Positions 1-9,510 of a stretch of DNA of 55,169 nt are shown here, in pieces. Every line of letters starts with the position of its first letter. Positions within the stretch are counted from its first letter, which is position 1. The stretch lies in the sequence record SRR31156797_4827. The stretch is one strand, 5' to 3'. The notes below the pieces were generated by a model. The model searched no databases. It saw nothing but the letters and a program-made list of their open reading frames with translations, and was not told where the DNA came from. The translations under genes were made by a program, and so were the position numbers.

Positions 1-175
1 CCGCCTTTGTTGAACATTAGTTTCTTTTTTACATTATACATTAAAATTTATTTATACGTCGCTTCAAAGAAAAAGTTGGCTCAAAAGTTCAAAGCAAATA
101 AGTGAAAATAGGGGAGTGGTTGTGTAAAGAGGGAAATAAAAATGCAGCAGCTATCATTGCAAAATGTCTGAAAAA

Positions 176-220
176 AAGAAGTTCGCAAACGCCTTGGTTA
201 TCAGCGTTTGCGAACTTCTT
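176..220 (-). terminator. Intrinsic terminator of rpmG
   Basis: Perfect 17-bp inverted repeat aagaagttcgcaaacgc/gcgtttgcgaacttctt with an 11-nt loop, followed by a T-run on the minus strand, 8 nt after the rpmG stop. Confidence 0.85.
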
Positions 221-228
221 AAATAGTA

Positions 229-378
229 TTATTTTGTTTCGCGGTGTAAAGTAACTTTTCTTTCACGTGGGCAATATTTTTTCTTTTCCAAACGATCAGG
301 ATTGTTACGTTTGTTTTTGTTTGATAAGTAGTTGCGTTCTTTACAAGAAGTGCACTCTAATGTGATGTTTACGCGCAT
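229..378 (-). CDS. rpmG: 50S ribosomal protein L33 (49 aa, not in ORF track)
   Basis: Manual translation [50 protein letters not shown]-rich RBS upstream. Confidence 0.97.
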   Translation of the reverse strand: MRVNITLECTSCKERNYLSNKNKRNNPDRLEKKKYCPRERKVTLHRETK

Positions 379-515
379 GATTTTCCCCCCTAACGATACA
401 AGAATCCTCTAAGAAATCTCTCAGACTAAAATATAATAGCATGTTTTGTGCGGGAATGCTAGCTTTTTCCTGAAATTTGTTAAGTAGTTTTACTTGACGA
501 ATTACTTGAAACGCA

Positions 516-1475
516 TTAGTCCAATTTGCTCTGGATATCTTCGATCATTTTGGTATAGGCGATAGGACCGTTGTAGAGCCAGCTTGATTCAGGACCGAAT
601 TCCCATAAATGATTGTTTTTGACTGCATCAAGATTTTGCCAGACTTGTTCGCTGAAAAAATCAGCGCCTTTATCACTATTCACTAAAATCAAGTAATCGG
701 CATCCAATTCTGCCAATTTTTCCAGAGAAACGGCAGACCAGTCAGCAGTGGCACTTTCACTGATTTCTGAAACAAGCGAGGGAACTTCAAAACCGAGTTC
801 GTGATACAGCAGTTGACCACTTGATTTTGTTTCTGAAACCATGAAGACAGAATTATTGACCACCCATAAAACAGCAATTGACTTGCCTTGGATTTGATCA
901 GCGTACGTTTCCTTGGTAGTAGCGACTAAGTCATCATAATCAGCTTCTACTTGGGCAGCTTCCTCTTCTTTGTGTAAGACCTTTGCGATATCTGTCAGAC
1001 GTTCACGCCAGGTTACTTCCTCGCCATTTGTGACCACATAGGTCGGCGCGATCTTACTGTACTGATCATATTTGTCGCCTTCCACCATGGAATTGCTATC
1101 CATCAGCAGCAGGTCTGGCTCAAAGCTCAAGACATCTTCATAGGGCAGATCATAGTTGATTCTTGGCACATCTGCTAGTTTGTCTTGCAAGTATGCTTGA
1201 TCACTGTCATTGCCGACTGTCCATTGAGCAACCGGGGTTACCCCTAAAGCGACCAAATAATCTTCCAAGTAACTACCGATCACCCGTTGTGGGTTTTCGG
1301 GAACAGTGACTTCATTTCCCATCGCATCGGTAAAGGTTGTTGCTATTTCTGAAGAAGTAGTGGCTGATCCACTGCTATCCGTTGAGTCATTATTCGTACC
1401 GCAAGCACCCAGTAGAGTAAGGGAGCAGGCTGCTAGCAGGGTAAGCCAAGTACTTCTTTTTGACCATTGTTTCAT
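516..1475 (-). CDS. Iron-siderophore (hydroxamate-type) ABC transporter substrate-binding lipoprotein
   Basis: Lipobox LGAC, FTDAMGNEVTVPENPQRV, SKIAPT motifs of FhuD/FeuA family; aaaggagg RBS; Fur box upstream. Confidence 0.9.
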   Translation of the reverse strand: MKQWSKRSTWLTLLAACSLTLLGACGTNNDSTDSSGSATTSSEIATTFTDAMGNEVTVPENPQRVIGSYLEDYLVALGVTPVAQWTVGNDSDQAYLQDKLADVPRINYDLPYEDVLSFEPDLLLMDSNSMVEGDKYDQYSKIAPTYVVTNGEEVTWRERLTDIAKVLHKEEEAAQVEADYDDLVATTKETYADQIQGKSIAVLWVVNNSVFMVSETKSSGQLLYHELGFEVPSLVSEISESATADWSAVSLEKLAELDADYLILVNSDKGADFFSEQVWQNLDAVKNNHLWEFGPESSWLYNGPIAYTKMIEDIQSKLD

Positions 1476-1522
1476 AGAAAAACTTCCTCCTTTGTTAAAA
1501 GATGAGCACTTATCATTTTAAT

Positions 1523-1537
1523 TGAGAATAATTCTCA
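1523..1537. promoter_or_regulatory. Fur box
   Basis: Perfect 7-1-7 palindrome TGAGAAT-A-ATTCTCA between divergent siderophore uptake genes. Confidence 0.85.
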
Positions 1538-1611
1538 TTTGCTGATTGCTATTATTACGGAGAAACGCTGATTTGTCAATCTTATTTTTTTATTTCCTTT
1601 TTTTAGAACTA

Positions 1612-1655
1612 TTGACGAATAGTAGGATTACATTCATAATTGATAAGCATTATCA
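1612..1655 (+). promoter_or_regulatory. SigA promoter with adjacent Fur box
   Basis: -35 TTGACG (1612), 17 bp, -10 CATAAT (1635); TGATAAG-C-ATTATCA at 1641-1655, one mismatch to the 7-1-7 Fur consensus. Confidence 0.85.
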
Positions 1656-1677
1656 ATCAATTATTTTGGGGACGAAT

Positions 1678-2469
1678 ATGGCGAAATTACGAACAGTTGA
1701 CTTGAGTGTCGGCTATCAAAAACAAAAAATTGTGCAAAATCTAACAATTGAGATTCCAGAAGGGAAAATCATCGGCTTGATTGGTCCGAACGGCAGTGGA
1801 AAATCGACATTTTTAAAGGCACTCGCCCGAATTTTACAGCCTTTGTCTGGTGAGGTCCTATTAGATACACAAAACCTCCAGAACATCAAAACCAAAGAAG
1901 TGGCTAAAAAGATTGCGCTGCTTTCACAAGTTAGCGACTCATCGATTGGCTTGACGATTCGCGAAATTGTTTCTTACGGTCGTTTTCCCTATCAAAAAGG
2001 ACTGAATAGTCTATCGGAACAAGATCTTGCAGCGATCGACTGGTCTTTGCAGGCAACTGGTTTGACGGCACTGGCAGAAGAAGTGATCAGTACGCTGTCA
2101 GGGGGACAAAAGCAGCGCGTTTGGATCGCCATGGCACTGGCGCAAGATACGGATATCGTGATTTTAGATGAACCAACAACCTTTTTAGATCCTGCGCATC
2201 AATTAGAAATTTTGCTCTTATTACAGCAAATCAATAAAACCTATGGGAAAACGATCATTATGTCGATTCATGACCTGAATCATGCGTCACGTTTTTCTGA
2301 TTATATTTACGCATTAAAAGGTGGAGAGCTTTTGGTTTCCGGTACACCGGAAACGGTGCTGACCAAAGAATGGCTGCAGCGTTTGTTTGAGATCGATGCC
2401 GTGTTAGGTACCTTTCCTAATAGTACAAAGCCGCTGGTCTTGACCTATGAGTTAGGAGCGCAGATATGA
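1678..2469 (+). CDS. Iron-siderophore ABC transporter ATP-binding protein (FhuC-like)
   Basis: Walker A GPNGSGKST, LSGGQKQR, ILDEPT; start moved to ATG 1678, downstream of the promoter. Confidence 0.92.
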   Translation: MAKLRTVDLSVGYQKQKIVQNLTIEIPEGKIIGLIGPNGSGKSTFLKALARILQPLSGEVLLDTQNLQNIKTKEVAKKIALLSQVSDSSIGLTIREIVSYGRFPYQKGLNSLSEQDLAAIDWSLQATGLTALAEEVISTLSGGQKQRVWIAMALAQDTDIVILDEPTTFLDPAHQLEILLLLQQINKTYGKTIIMSIHDLNHASRFSDYIYALKGGELLVSGTPETVLTKEWLQRLFEIDAVLGTFPNSTKPLVLTYELGAQI

Positions 2470-3446
2470 AAAAGTTTCCTTGGCTGCTGCTGCTTTTTAG
2501 TGGCTGCTTTATTATCTGTTTCTTTTTAGCGATCACTCAAGGAGCAGCGGACCTTTCTTTTGAAACGATCTGGGATGCCGTCTTTGCTTTTGATTATGAG
2601 AATCAGCTGCATCAAGTCTTGCGCAATATTCGGTTGCCACGTGTTTTGGCTGCTTTTCTAGTAGGAAGTTGTTTTGCTGTTACAGGAGCCATCATGCAGG
2701 GGATTACGAGAAATCCCTTGGCAGATGGTGGTCTTTTAGGTGTCAATAGTGGGGCTGCCTTGGGACTAGCGATCGCATTTATCCTCTTTCCTAGTGTGCA
2801 ACCGAGTCAAGCGGCGCTGTTTTCCTTTTTTGGTGCGTTTGCGGCAACTGGGCTGCTTTTTTTACTGACCAGATACGCCAAACTAGGCATGTCGCCCACG
2901 GGACTGATTTTGGCTGGTGTGGCATTAAGTTCTTTTTTCTCAGCCATTAGTCAAACTCTGTCATTGCAATTTGATTTAAACCAAGAGATAGCCTTTTGGT
3001 TTATCGGTGGTGCGGCGAATGTGACTTGGCAGCAACTGCGTTTTGTGGGCCCCATCTATCTGATCGCCATCGTTTTTGTGCTACGGCTAGGAAAAGCCCT
3101 CAATCTGTTAGCACTAGGAGATGACACCGTCATTTCATTAGGCAAGCACCCGCATCTGATTCGGGCATCTGCCTTACTGTTAGTCGTAGTTTTGGCGGGA
3201 ATGGCGGTTTCGCTTGTAGGACCGGTCAGCTTTGTCGGCTTAATGGTTCCTCATGTCGTGCGGGGGATGGTGGGCAAAAACTATCAACTGATTTTGCCTT
3301 TGACGATCCTTGGAGGGGGAACACTGGTGATGGCCGCTGATCTGGCAGGTCGCTTGATCAATCCCCCTTTTGAGACACCCTTTGGGATACTGATGGCATT
3401 GATCGGTGTGCCTTTTCTATTGGTCAAGATACGGAGGGAAGACTGA
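2466..3446 (+). CDS. Iron-siderophore ABC permease (FecCD family)
   Basis: IRLPRVL, QGITRNPLAD, FVGLMVPH motifs; ATGA overlap with the ATPase gene. Confidence 0.92.
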   Translation: MKKFPWLLLLFSGCFIICFFLAITQGAADLSFETIWDAVFAFDYENQLHQVLRNIRLPRVLAAFLVGSCFAVTGAIMQGITRNPLADGGLLGVNSGAALGLAIAFILFPSVQPSQAALFSFFGAFAATGLLFLLTRYAKLGMSPTGLILAGVALSSFFSAISQTLSLQFDLNQEIAFWFIGGAANVTWQQLRFVGPIYLIAIVFVLRLGKALNLLALGDDTVISLGKHPHLIRASALLLVVVLAGMAVSLVGPVSFVGLMVPHVVRGMVGKNYQLILPLTILGGGTLVMAADLAGRLINPPFETPFGILMALIGVPFLLVKIRRED

Positions 3447-4423
3447 TGAAAAAAACACTCTTTGTTTTTTTTCTACTGGTGATGGCCGCTTTTTTAGGAA
3501 GTGTCATGGTGGGAAAAACAATCTTAACCTTTCAGACATTAGGGGCAATCTTTCAAGGTACGGCTTCTTCGAGTCAGGTACTGACGTTTACTGAGTTTCG
3601 ACTACCACGGGCTTGTCTGGCGCTGATCGCCGGCGGTGCCTTTGGTTTTTCTGGTTTTGTCTTGCAGGGGGTGACGAGAAACGAGCTGGCTGATGCAAGT
3701 ATCGTAGGAATCAACAATGGCGCGGGTCTCTTTGTAATGATCTACTTAGGGGTTTATACCCAAGGATCGCAGCTTTTACCTGTCGTTGGGATCTTCGGTG
3801 GCTTGTTGGCTGCTGTACTGGTCTATTTGATTGCCTATAAACACCGCCAATTGTTGTCGATGGAGCGAGTGCTGCTTGCGGGAATCGCCGTCAATGCAGG
3901 GTTGGCCGCGGCTACTTTACTTTTTACGGTGGAATTATCAAAAGACCGCTATCGCTTTGTAACAGCATGGCTTTCTGGATCTATCTGGGGAACCTCGTGG
4001 CAGCAAATTACCAGTCTGCTTCCTTGGGTCATCGTATTGTCTGTCGCAGCTTTCTGGACCGTACCTAAACTTAATCTGCTTGGTTTTGGTGAGGAACAGG
4101 CAATTAGCTTAGGGGTTTCTTTGACACGGTTGCGGACGTGGTTTTTAGTGATTGCGGTTGGTTTGGCTGCCAGTACGGTTGGCTATACCGGTAATTTAGC
4201 CTTTGTGGGCTTATTGGCGCCTCATATCGCCAAGGGACTCATCGGCAGAGAATCTCGCAGTGCCTTTTTCTTAGCGGGAATGATCGGCAGTCTGCTGGTC
4301 TTAGTAAGTGATACGATCGGTCGTTTACTATTGACAAGCGGTGAGATCCCAGCTGGTATCATCATTTCTATCGTGGGGGCACCGTACTTTGTCTTTTTAC
4401 TGATCCGGCGTAAAGAAGGATGA
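3446..4423 (+). CDS. Iron-siderophore ABC permease (FecCD family)
   Basis: FRLPRA, QGVTRNELAD, FVGLLAPH, EIPAGII motifs; TGATG coupling. Confidence 0.92.
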   Translation: MKKTLFVFFLLVMAAFLGSVMVGKTILTFQTLGAIFQGTASSSQVLTFTEFRLPRACLALIAGGAFGFSGFVLQGVTRNELADASIVGINNGAGLFVMIYLGVYTQGSQLLPVVGIFGGLLAAVLVYLIAYKHRQLLSMERVLLAGIAVNAGLAAATLLFTVELSKDRYRFVTAWLSGSIWGTSWQQITSLLPWVIVLSVAAFWTVPKLNLLGFGEEQAISLGVSLTRLRTWFLVIAVGLAASTVGYTGNLAFVGLLAPHIAKGLIGRESRSAFFLAGMIGSLLVLVSDTIGRLLLTSGEIPAGIIISIVGAPYFVFLLIRRKEG

Positions 4424-4513
4424 GCAGATAGTCATGATCTTGCCAAGAAATCTGCGATTCTAGTTTGCTATTTGGACACAGTTTTTGGTACTATTTCTGA
4501 GAGGAGTGATCCA

Positions 4514-5053
4514 ATGGAAAAACCAGTCATTAGAGAGCACATGATCCAAACATTAAAAAAAATGCCGAGCAAACAAAAGCAGCAGAAAGAAACGGTGATT
4601 TTGCAGTTGCTGTTTTCTTCTCAGATTTGGCAAACGGCTAAGTCAGTAGGAGTGATCCGTTCGTTGCCATTTGAATTTGATACAGCGGCTATTTTTGCTA
4701 AAGGATTTGAACAAAACAAACGAATCGCAGTGCCGAAAGCACAACAAAAAAAATTGCAGTTTTATCATGTGGAGCCGGCAACGCGTTATGAAACGTCGGC
4801 ATTTGGGGTTGAAGAGCCGATCAGTGAGCAAGAAGCCCATCACTTGGATTTACTCATTGTTCCCGGCTTGGCTTTTTCGAAAAAAGGCTATCGCATCGGC
4901 TTTGGCGGCGGCTATTATGATCGTTTCTTGTCAGCTTTTGATGGCAAGACCGTTTCTTTGGTCTTCGGAGAACAATTCAACGATCAATGGACACCAGATG
5001 TATTCGACATTCCAATCGATAAAATCTATACGGATTCGCTTATTCGCACGTAA
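4514..5053 (+). CDS. 5-formyltetrahydrofolate cyclo-ligase
   Basis: DLLIVPGLAF..GYRIGFGGGYYDRFL signature; gaggag RBS before ATG 4514. Confidence 0.93.
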   Translation: MEKPVIREHMIQTLKKMPSKQKQQKETVILQLLFSSQIWQTAKSVGVIRSLPFEFDTAAIFAKGFEQNKRIAVPKAQQKKLQFYHVEPATRYETSAFGVEEPISEQEAHHLDLLIVPGLAFSKKGYRIGFGGGYYDRFLSAFDGKTVSLVFGEQFNDQWTPDVFDIPIDKIYTDSLIRT

Positions 5054-5065
5054 AGGAGCACGTCA

Positions 5066-5734
5066 ATGAATTCTCAAATGAAAAGATGGCTGAATCAGTC
5101 GATCTTCACGTATCTATTTTTAGCTATCCAAACTATTGTGTTTATCTTGGGTTATTTTAGTCCCTCTATTCAATCAGGCGGGGTGATGTTTGGTCCGTTT
5201 GTCGTCTATTTAAATGAATATTGGCGTTTCGTTACCCCAATCTTTCTGCATTTCGGGTTGGCACATTTTGCAATCAACTCTGTGATTCTCTATTATATGG
5301 GGCAACAAGTAGAAGCCATCTATGGTCATAGCCGTTTTTTTGCCTTGTATTTACTAAGCGGCATCATGGGCAATACCATGAGTTTTGCTTTCAACCAAAT
5401 AGGGGTTCAATCAGCAGGCGCTAGTACTTCATTATTCGGGCTTTTCGGGGCATTTTTGATTTTAGGTTGGCATTTTAGAAATGATTACCGCATCCAAGCA
5501 ATGGTACGGCAATTTGCCCTATTCGTTGGATTGAACCTGGTTTTTGGGGTGTTTGATCAAACGATTGATATGTGGGGACACATTGGCGGGATCCTCGGTG
5601 GGTTATTGTTAGGGAATCTTTTGGCATTGCCAAAGAACTATGGAAAATATTCGATCCACACCAGAATCCTCTCTGGCGGACTCTTTGTTTTCTTATTGGC
5701 TATTTTTGTGATATATGGTTTTAAAAAATATTAA
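5066..5734 (+). CDS. Rhomboid family intramembrane serine protease
   Basis: YWR, H..LAH...N, GAS catalytic motif, H in MWGHIGG. Confidence 0.92.
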   Translation: MNSQMKRWLNQSIFTYLFLAIQTIVFILGYFSPSIQSGGVMFGPFVVYLNEYWRFVTPIFLHFGLAHFAINSVILYYMGQQVEAIYGHSRFFALYLLSGIMGNTMSFAFNQIGVQSAGASTSLFGLFGAFLILGWHFRNDYRIQAMVRQFALFVGLNLVFGVFDQTIDMWGHIGGILGGLLLGNLLALPKNYGKYSIHTRILSGGLFVFLLAIFVIYGFKKY

Positions 5735-5764
5735 TTACTTGTATAATAAGCAGGAAGTGGTTAA

Positions 5765-5974
5765 ATGGAAACGTTATATGACGTACAACAATTACTGAAA
5801 CAATTTGGTGTTTACGTATATGTCGGCAAGCGGATCTACGATATAGAACTGATGCAAATCGAGTTGAAAAACTTTTATGACAGTCGCTTGATAGATCGGG
5901 ATGTATATCTGACTGCCCGGCGAATTCTTACGCGGGAGCATCGAATTGAAGAAAGCCGGGAGGAAAACAAGTGA
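5765..5974 (+). CDS. YqgQ/DUF910 family protein
   Basis: METLYDVQQLLKQFG N-terminus; usual position upstream of glucokinase. Confidence 0.85.
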   Translation: METLYDVQQLLKQFGVYVYVGKRIYDIELMQIELKNFYDSRLIDRDVYLTARRILTREHRIEESREENK

Positions 5975-6945
5975 TGGACAAAAAAATCATCGGAATTGAT
6001 TTAGGCGGAACAACGGTGAAATTCGCTATTTTAACGAGCGAAGGCGAGATTCAGCAAAAATGGAGTATTGACACCAATATTCTTGATGAAGGCTCACATA
6101 TCGTGCCAGAAATCGTGGCATCGATCAATCATCGCCTAGAATTATATGGCTTACAGCCGGAAGCATTTATCGGTATTGGTATGGGGACACCAGGAAGTGT
6201 CGACCGTGACAAAGGAACCGTCATAGGTGCCTACAATCTGAACTGGAAAACACTTCAGCCAGTCAAAGAACTGATTGAAAAAGGCACAAAAATCCCATTT
6301 GCCATCGATAACGATGCCAATGTAGCAGCTTTAGGTGAGCGTTGGAAAGGGGCAGGGGATAACAATCCTGATGTCATCTTTATCACACTAGGTACAGGTG
6401 TTGGCGGCGGTATCATCATGGAAGGGCAATTGCTTCATGGGGTTGCTGGTTGTGCCGGAGAAATCGGTCATATCACTGTTGATCCTGAAGGGTTCGAATG
6501 TACTTGCGGCAAACGTGGTTGTTTAGAAACGGTTTCTAGTGCGACGGGTGTTGTGCGAGTTGCTCGACAGTTGGCAGAAGAATATGCTGGCGACTCGGCA
6601 TTGAAACAACAGCTGGACAATGGGGAAGATGTTTCAAGTAAAGATATTTTTGAAGCGGCTCAAGCAAACGATTCATTTGGCTTGATGGTCGTTGATAAAG
6701 TGTGCTTCTACCTTGGGTTGGCATGCGGAAACCTAGGAAACACATTAAATCCATCAAGTATCGTTTTAGGTGGAGGCGTATCGGCAGCCGGTGAATTTTT
6801 ACGTGAACGGGTTGCTGCCTACTTTGCTCAATTTACCTTCCCACAGGTAACGGAAAGTACTGAAATCAAATTGGCCGAACTTGGGAATGATGCCGGTGTG
6901 ATTGGGGCAGCATCATTAGCTTTGCAGTTTGCAGCAAAAGCATAG
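5974..6945 (+). CDS. glcK: ROK family glucokinase
   Basis: GIDLGGT, DNDANVAALGE, GEIGH, CTCGKRGCLE; alternative GTG start at 5971. Confidence 0.95.
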   Translation: MDKKIIGIDLGGTTVKFAILTSEGEIQQKWSIDTNILDEGSHIVPEIVASINHRLELYGLQPEAFIGIGMGTPGSVDRDKGTVIGAYNLNWKTLQPVKELIEKGTKIPFAIDNDANVAALGERWKGAGDNNPDVIFITLGTGVGGGIIMEGQLLHGVAGCAGEIGHITVDPEGFECTCGKRGCLETVSSATGVVRVARQLAEEYAGDSALKQQLDNGEDVSSKDIFEAAQANDSFGLMVVDKVCFYLGLACGNLGNTLNPSSIVLGGGVSAAGEFLRERVAAYFAQFTFPQVTESTEIKLAELGNDAGVIGAASLALQFAAKA

Positions 6946-7027
6946 ATGACAAGCTGCTAGGCAAGGATAGATTAAAGCAGCATAAATCAAAAAAGAATGT
7001 TTGTTACAATAGAGAGGAATAGAAGAA

Positions 7028-7429
7028 ATGACACCAATTATGTGGCTAAACTTGGTTTTGGCATTAATAATCTTAGCAATCGCTTTGAACTGGGCGTATT
7101 TTCAAATTATGGGACGCCGTTCAGCAACGATCATCTCAGAAGATGAATTTAAAGCAGGAATGAAGAAAGCCCAAGTGATCGACGTTCGGGAAAAAAATGA
7201 ATTTGACAGTGGGCATATTTTAGGGGCGCGTAATATTCCCTTTACTGTTTTAACCAATTCCTTCAGCGCATTTCGTAAAGATCAACCGATCTACTTATAT
7301 GACACGCGTAAATCGTTGAGTATTCGCGCAGCAAATAAATTACGAAAAGAAGGCTTTACCAATGTCTATATCCTAAAAGAAGGTTATGAAGGCTGGAGTG
7401 GCAAGACGAAAAAGAAAAATAGTTTATAA
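7028..7429 (+). CDS. Rhodanese-like domain protein with N-terminal TM helix
   Basis: IDVRE..EF..GHILGARNIP; Asp (LYD) at the usual active-site Cys position. Confidence 0.88.
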   Translation: MTPIMWLNLVLALIILAIALNWAYFQIMGRRSATIISEDEFKAGMKKAQVIDVREKNEFDSGHILGARNIPFTVLTNSFSAFRKDQPIYLYDTRKSLSIRAANKLRKEGFTNVYILKEGYEGWSGKTKKKNSL

Positions 7430-7434
7430 AAGAG

Positions 7435-7555
7435 AGAACTTAAGGCAAAAGAACACAAGCAAATTTGAATGAGCGACGAAACACCAAACGGAGTGTTTCA
7501 AGTAAGTCATTGTTCAATTTACATTGTGGACTTTTGCCTTTATTTATAGAACTTA
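7435..7555. repeat. ~100-bp interrupted palindrome flanked by 8-bp direct repeats (MITE/REP-like)
   Basis: aaggcaaaag/cttttgcctt outer arms, nested cacaa/ttgtg and gaaacac/gtgtttc; AGAACTTA at 7435-7442 and 7548-7555. Confidence 0.55.
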
Positions 7556-7580
7556 GGTCTATCGATAAGGAGAGTGTGCG

Positions 7581-7937
7581 TTGATCAAGCGAAAAAGAAT
7601 TTATGAAGTGGCGGAAACGACAGATGGCTATCGGGTATTGGTGGATCGCATCTGGCCTAGAGGAATGAAAAAGGAGGCAGCCCAGATCGATCTATGGCTC
7701 AAAGCAGTCGCACCAAGTACTGAATTGCGCAAATGGTTTGGGCATGATCCTGAACGTTTTGATGCGTTTAAAGGCCGCTATCTACAAGAATTAGAGAAAG
7801 CGCCAGCTAAAGATGCCTTGGCACGGTTAAAAGCGTTGGTTGCTGAACAACAGACCGTGACCTTACTTTACGGAGCGAAAAATGAAGAACAAAATCAAGC
7901 CGTGATTTTGCAGGACTTACTGGAGAAGGCAGAATGA
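7581..7937 (+). CDS. DUF488/YeaO family protein
   Basis: RIYE....DGYRVLVDRIWPRG, APSTELRKWFGHD; TTG start with aaggag RBS. Confidence 0.9.
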   Translation: MIKRKRIYEVAETTDGYRVLVDRIWPRGMKKEAAQIDLWLKAVAPSTELRKWFGHDPERFDAFKGRYLQELEKAPAKDALARLKALVAEQQTVTLLYGAKNEEQNQAVILQDLLEKAE

Positions 7938-7943
7938 TTACCT

Positions 7944-7982
7944 AAAAGAGCCGCCAGCCTATTGAAGGCTGACGGCTCTTTT
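7944..7982. terminator. Bidirectional intrinsic terminator
   Basis: aaaagagccgccagcct-attga-aggctgacggctctttt between convergent genes. Confidence 0.8.
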
Positions 7983-7993
7983 GTAGCAAATGA

Positions 7994-8161
7994 TTAGCGG
8001 GCAACGCTTTTACGCATCGCGCGTTTCCGTTTTTCATCATGATCTGCTTGTTGTTCGTCAATTGGATCAATCACTTGTTTCTTGACCGTCATAACAACAC
8101 TTGCAGCTGCAGCAACCGTTGCGACTGTTCCTACTAAAAATCCTGAAAGAAATCGTTTCAT
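7994..8161 (-). CDS. DUF3042 family small protein (55 aa, not in ORF track)
   Basis: Manual translation MKRFLSGFLVGTVATVAAAASVVMTVKKQVIDPIDEQQADHDEKRKRAMRKSVAR; gaggtg RBS; alternative ATG at 8164. Confidence 0.85.
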   Translation of the reverse strand: MKRFLSGFLVGTVATVAAAASVVMTVKKQVIDPIDEQQADHDEKRKRAMRKSVAR

Positions 8162-8240
8162 CATTAAACACCTCGCCTTTAGTTATAGGTTCATTATGAA
8201 TGAAAACGGAAAAAATATCAAAAAAAATCACTTTTGGGAT

Positions 8241-8290
8241 TGAAAACGCTTGAAATAATTTAGTAAATAATTTACAATAAGTTTACTAAA
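8241..8290 (+). promoter_or_regulatory. gal operon promoter with cre-like site and candidate GalR operator
   Basis: -35 TTGAAA (8250), 17 bp, -10 TACAAT (8273); cre-like TGAAAACGCTTGAA at 8241-8254; inverted TTTAGTAAA (8259)/TTTACTAAA (8282). Confidence 0.7.
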
Positions 8291-8311
8291 AAGAAAGTGG
8301 GAGTGAGAAAA

Positions 8312-9469
8312 ATGGAGCAATTGCAACAGATATTTATTGATAAATTTGGAACAGCAGGCACAGGCATGTATTTTGCGCCAGGGAGAATCAACTTGATCGG
8401 TGAACACACAGATTACAATGGCGGTTATGTTTTCCCGGCGGCAATCACATTAGGCACGTATGCAGTAGCACGAAAACGTGAAGACCAGTTGATCCAACTC
8501 TATTCAGAGAATTTTCCAGAAAAAGGCGTGATCTCCTTTCAGTTAGATGAACTAGATTACCGAAAAGAAGATGATTGGACAAACTATCCGAAAGGGGTCG
8601 TTCGTTTCCTAAAAGAAGCGGGGCAAGGGATCGATCGTGGCTTTGACATCGCTTTTTATGGCAACATTCCGAATGGCGCAGGTCTTTCTTCTTCTGCATC
8701 GATTGAATTGCTGACGGGGGTTTGTCTAAAAGATCTCTTTGATTTAACTTTGAAGACCTTGGACTTAGTTAAAATCGGCAAAAAAGTCGAAAATGAGTTT
8801 ATTGGCGTTAACTCAGGGATCATGGATCAATTTGCGATCGGAATGGGTCAAAAAGACCATGCATTGCTTTTAGATACGAACACTTTAAATTATGAAGTCG
8901 TACCAGCGGCATTTGGTGATTATGTCGTAGCGATCATGAATACCAATAAGCGCCGCGAATTGGCTGATTCTAAATACAATGAACGACGTGCAGAATGTGA
9001 AGAAGCATTAGCTCGTTTGCAAAAATCATTAGCCGTTGATTCATTGGGTGCATTAGACGAAGCAACCTTTTTTGCAAATACAGCATTGATCGATGATCCA
9101 CGCTTGATCAAACGGGCGAAACATGCAGTGACGGAAAACCAACGGACATTAAAAGCAAAAGCCGCTTTGACTGCTGGTGATCTTGAAGAATTCGGCCAGT
9201 TGTTAAATGCTTCGCATGCTTCATTGCGGGATGATTATGAAGTGACAGGGCGTGAACTAGATACATTAGTCGCAGCTGCTCAAGCGCATCCTGCTGTTTT
9301 AGGTGCGCGGATGACTGGTGCGGGCTTTGGCGGCTGCGGGATCGCATTGGTCAAAGCAAGTGAATGGGCTGATTTTGAAGCGTCCGTCAAAGCAACCTAT
9401 TTAGCAGAAATCGGCTACGCAACCGACATTTATCAAGCAAGTATTGATGATGGTGCACGAAAACTGTAG
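8312..9469 (+). CDS. galK: Galactokinase
   Basis: [39 protein letters not shown]. Confidence 0.97.
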   Translation: MEQLQQIFIDKFGTAGTGMYFAPGRINLIGEHTDYNGGYVFPAAITLGTYAVARKREDQLIQLYSENFPEKGVISFQLDELDYRKEDDWTNYPKGVVRFLKEAGQGIDRGFDIAFYGNIPNGAGLSSSASIELLTGVCLKDLFDLTLKTLDLVKIGKKVENEFIGVNSGIMDQFAIGMGQKDHALLLDTNTLNYEVVPAAFGDYVVAIMNTNKRRELADSKYNERRAECEEALARLQKSLAVDSLGALDEATFFANTALIDDPRLIKRAKHAVTENQRTLKAKAALTAGDLEEFGQLLNASHASLRDDYEVTGRELDTLVAAAQAHPAVLGARMTGAGFGGCGIALVKASEWADFEASVKATYLAEIGYATDIYQASIDDGARKL

Positions 9470-9510
9470 AATAAGAAATGATGAAGGAATTTAGAAAGAA
9501 GGCTGAAAAT

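Noticed and set aside
1546-1677. N-terminal extension of the FhuC-like ORF
   Set aside because: Runs through the promoter and Fur box; the ABC domain begins at ATG 1678
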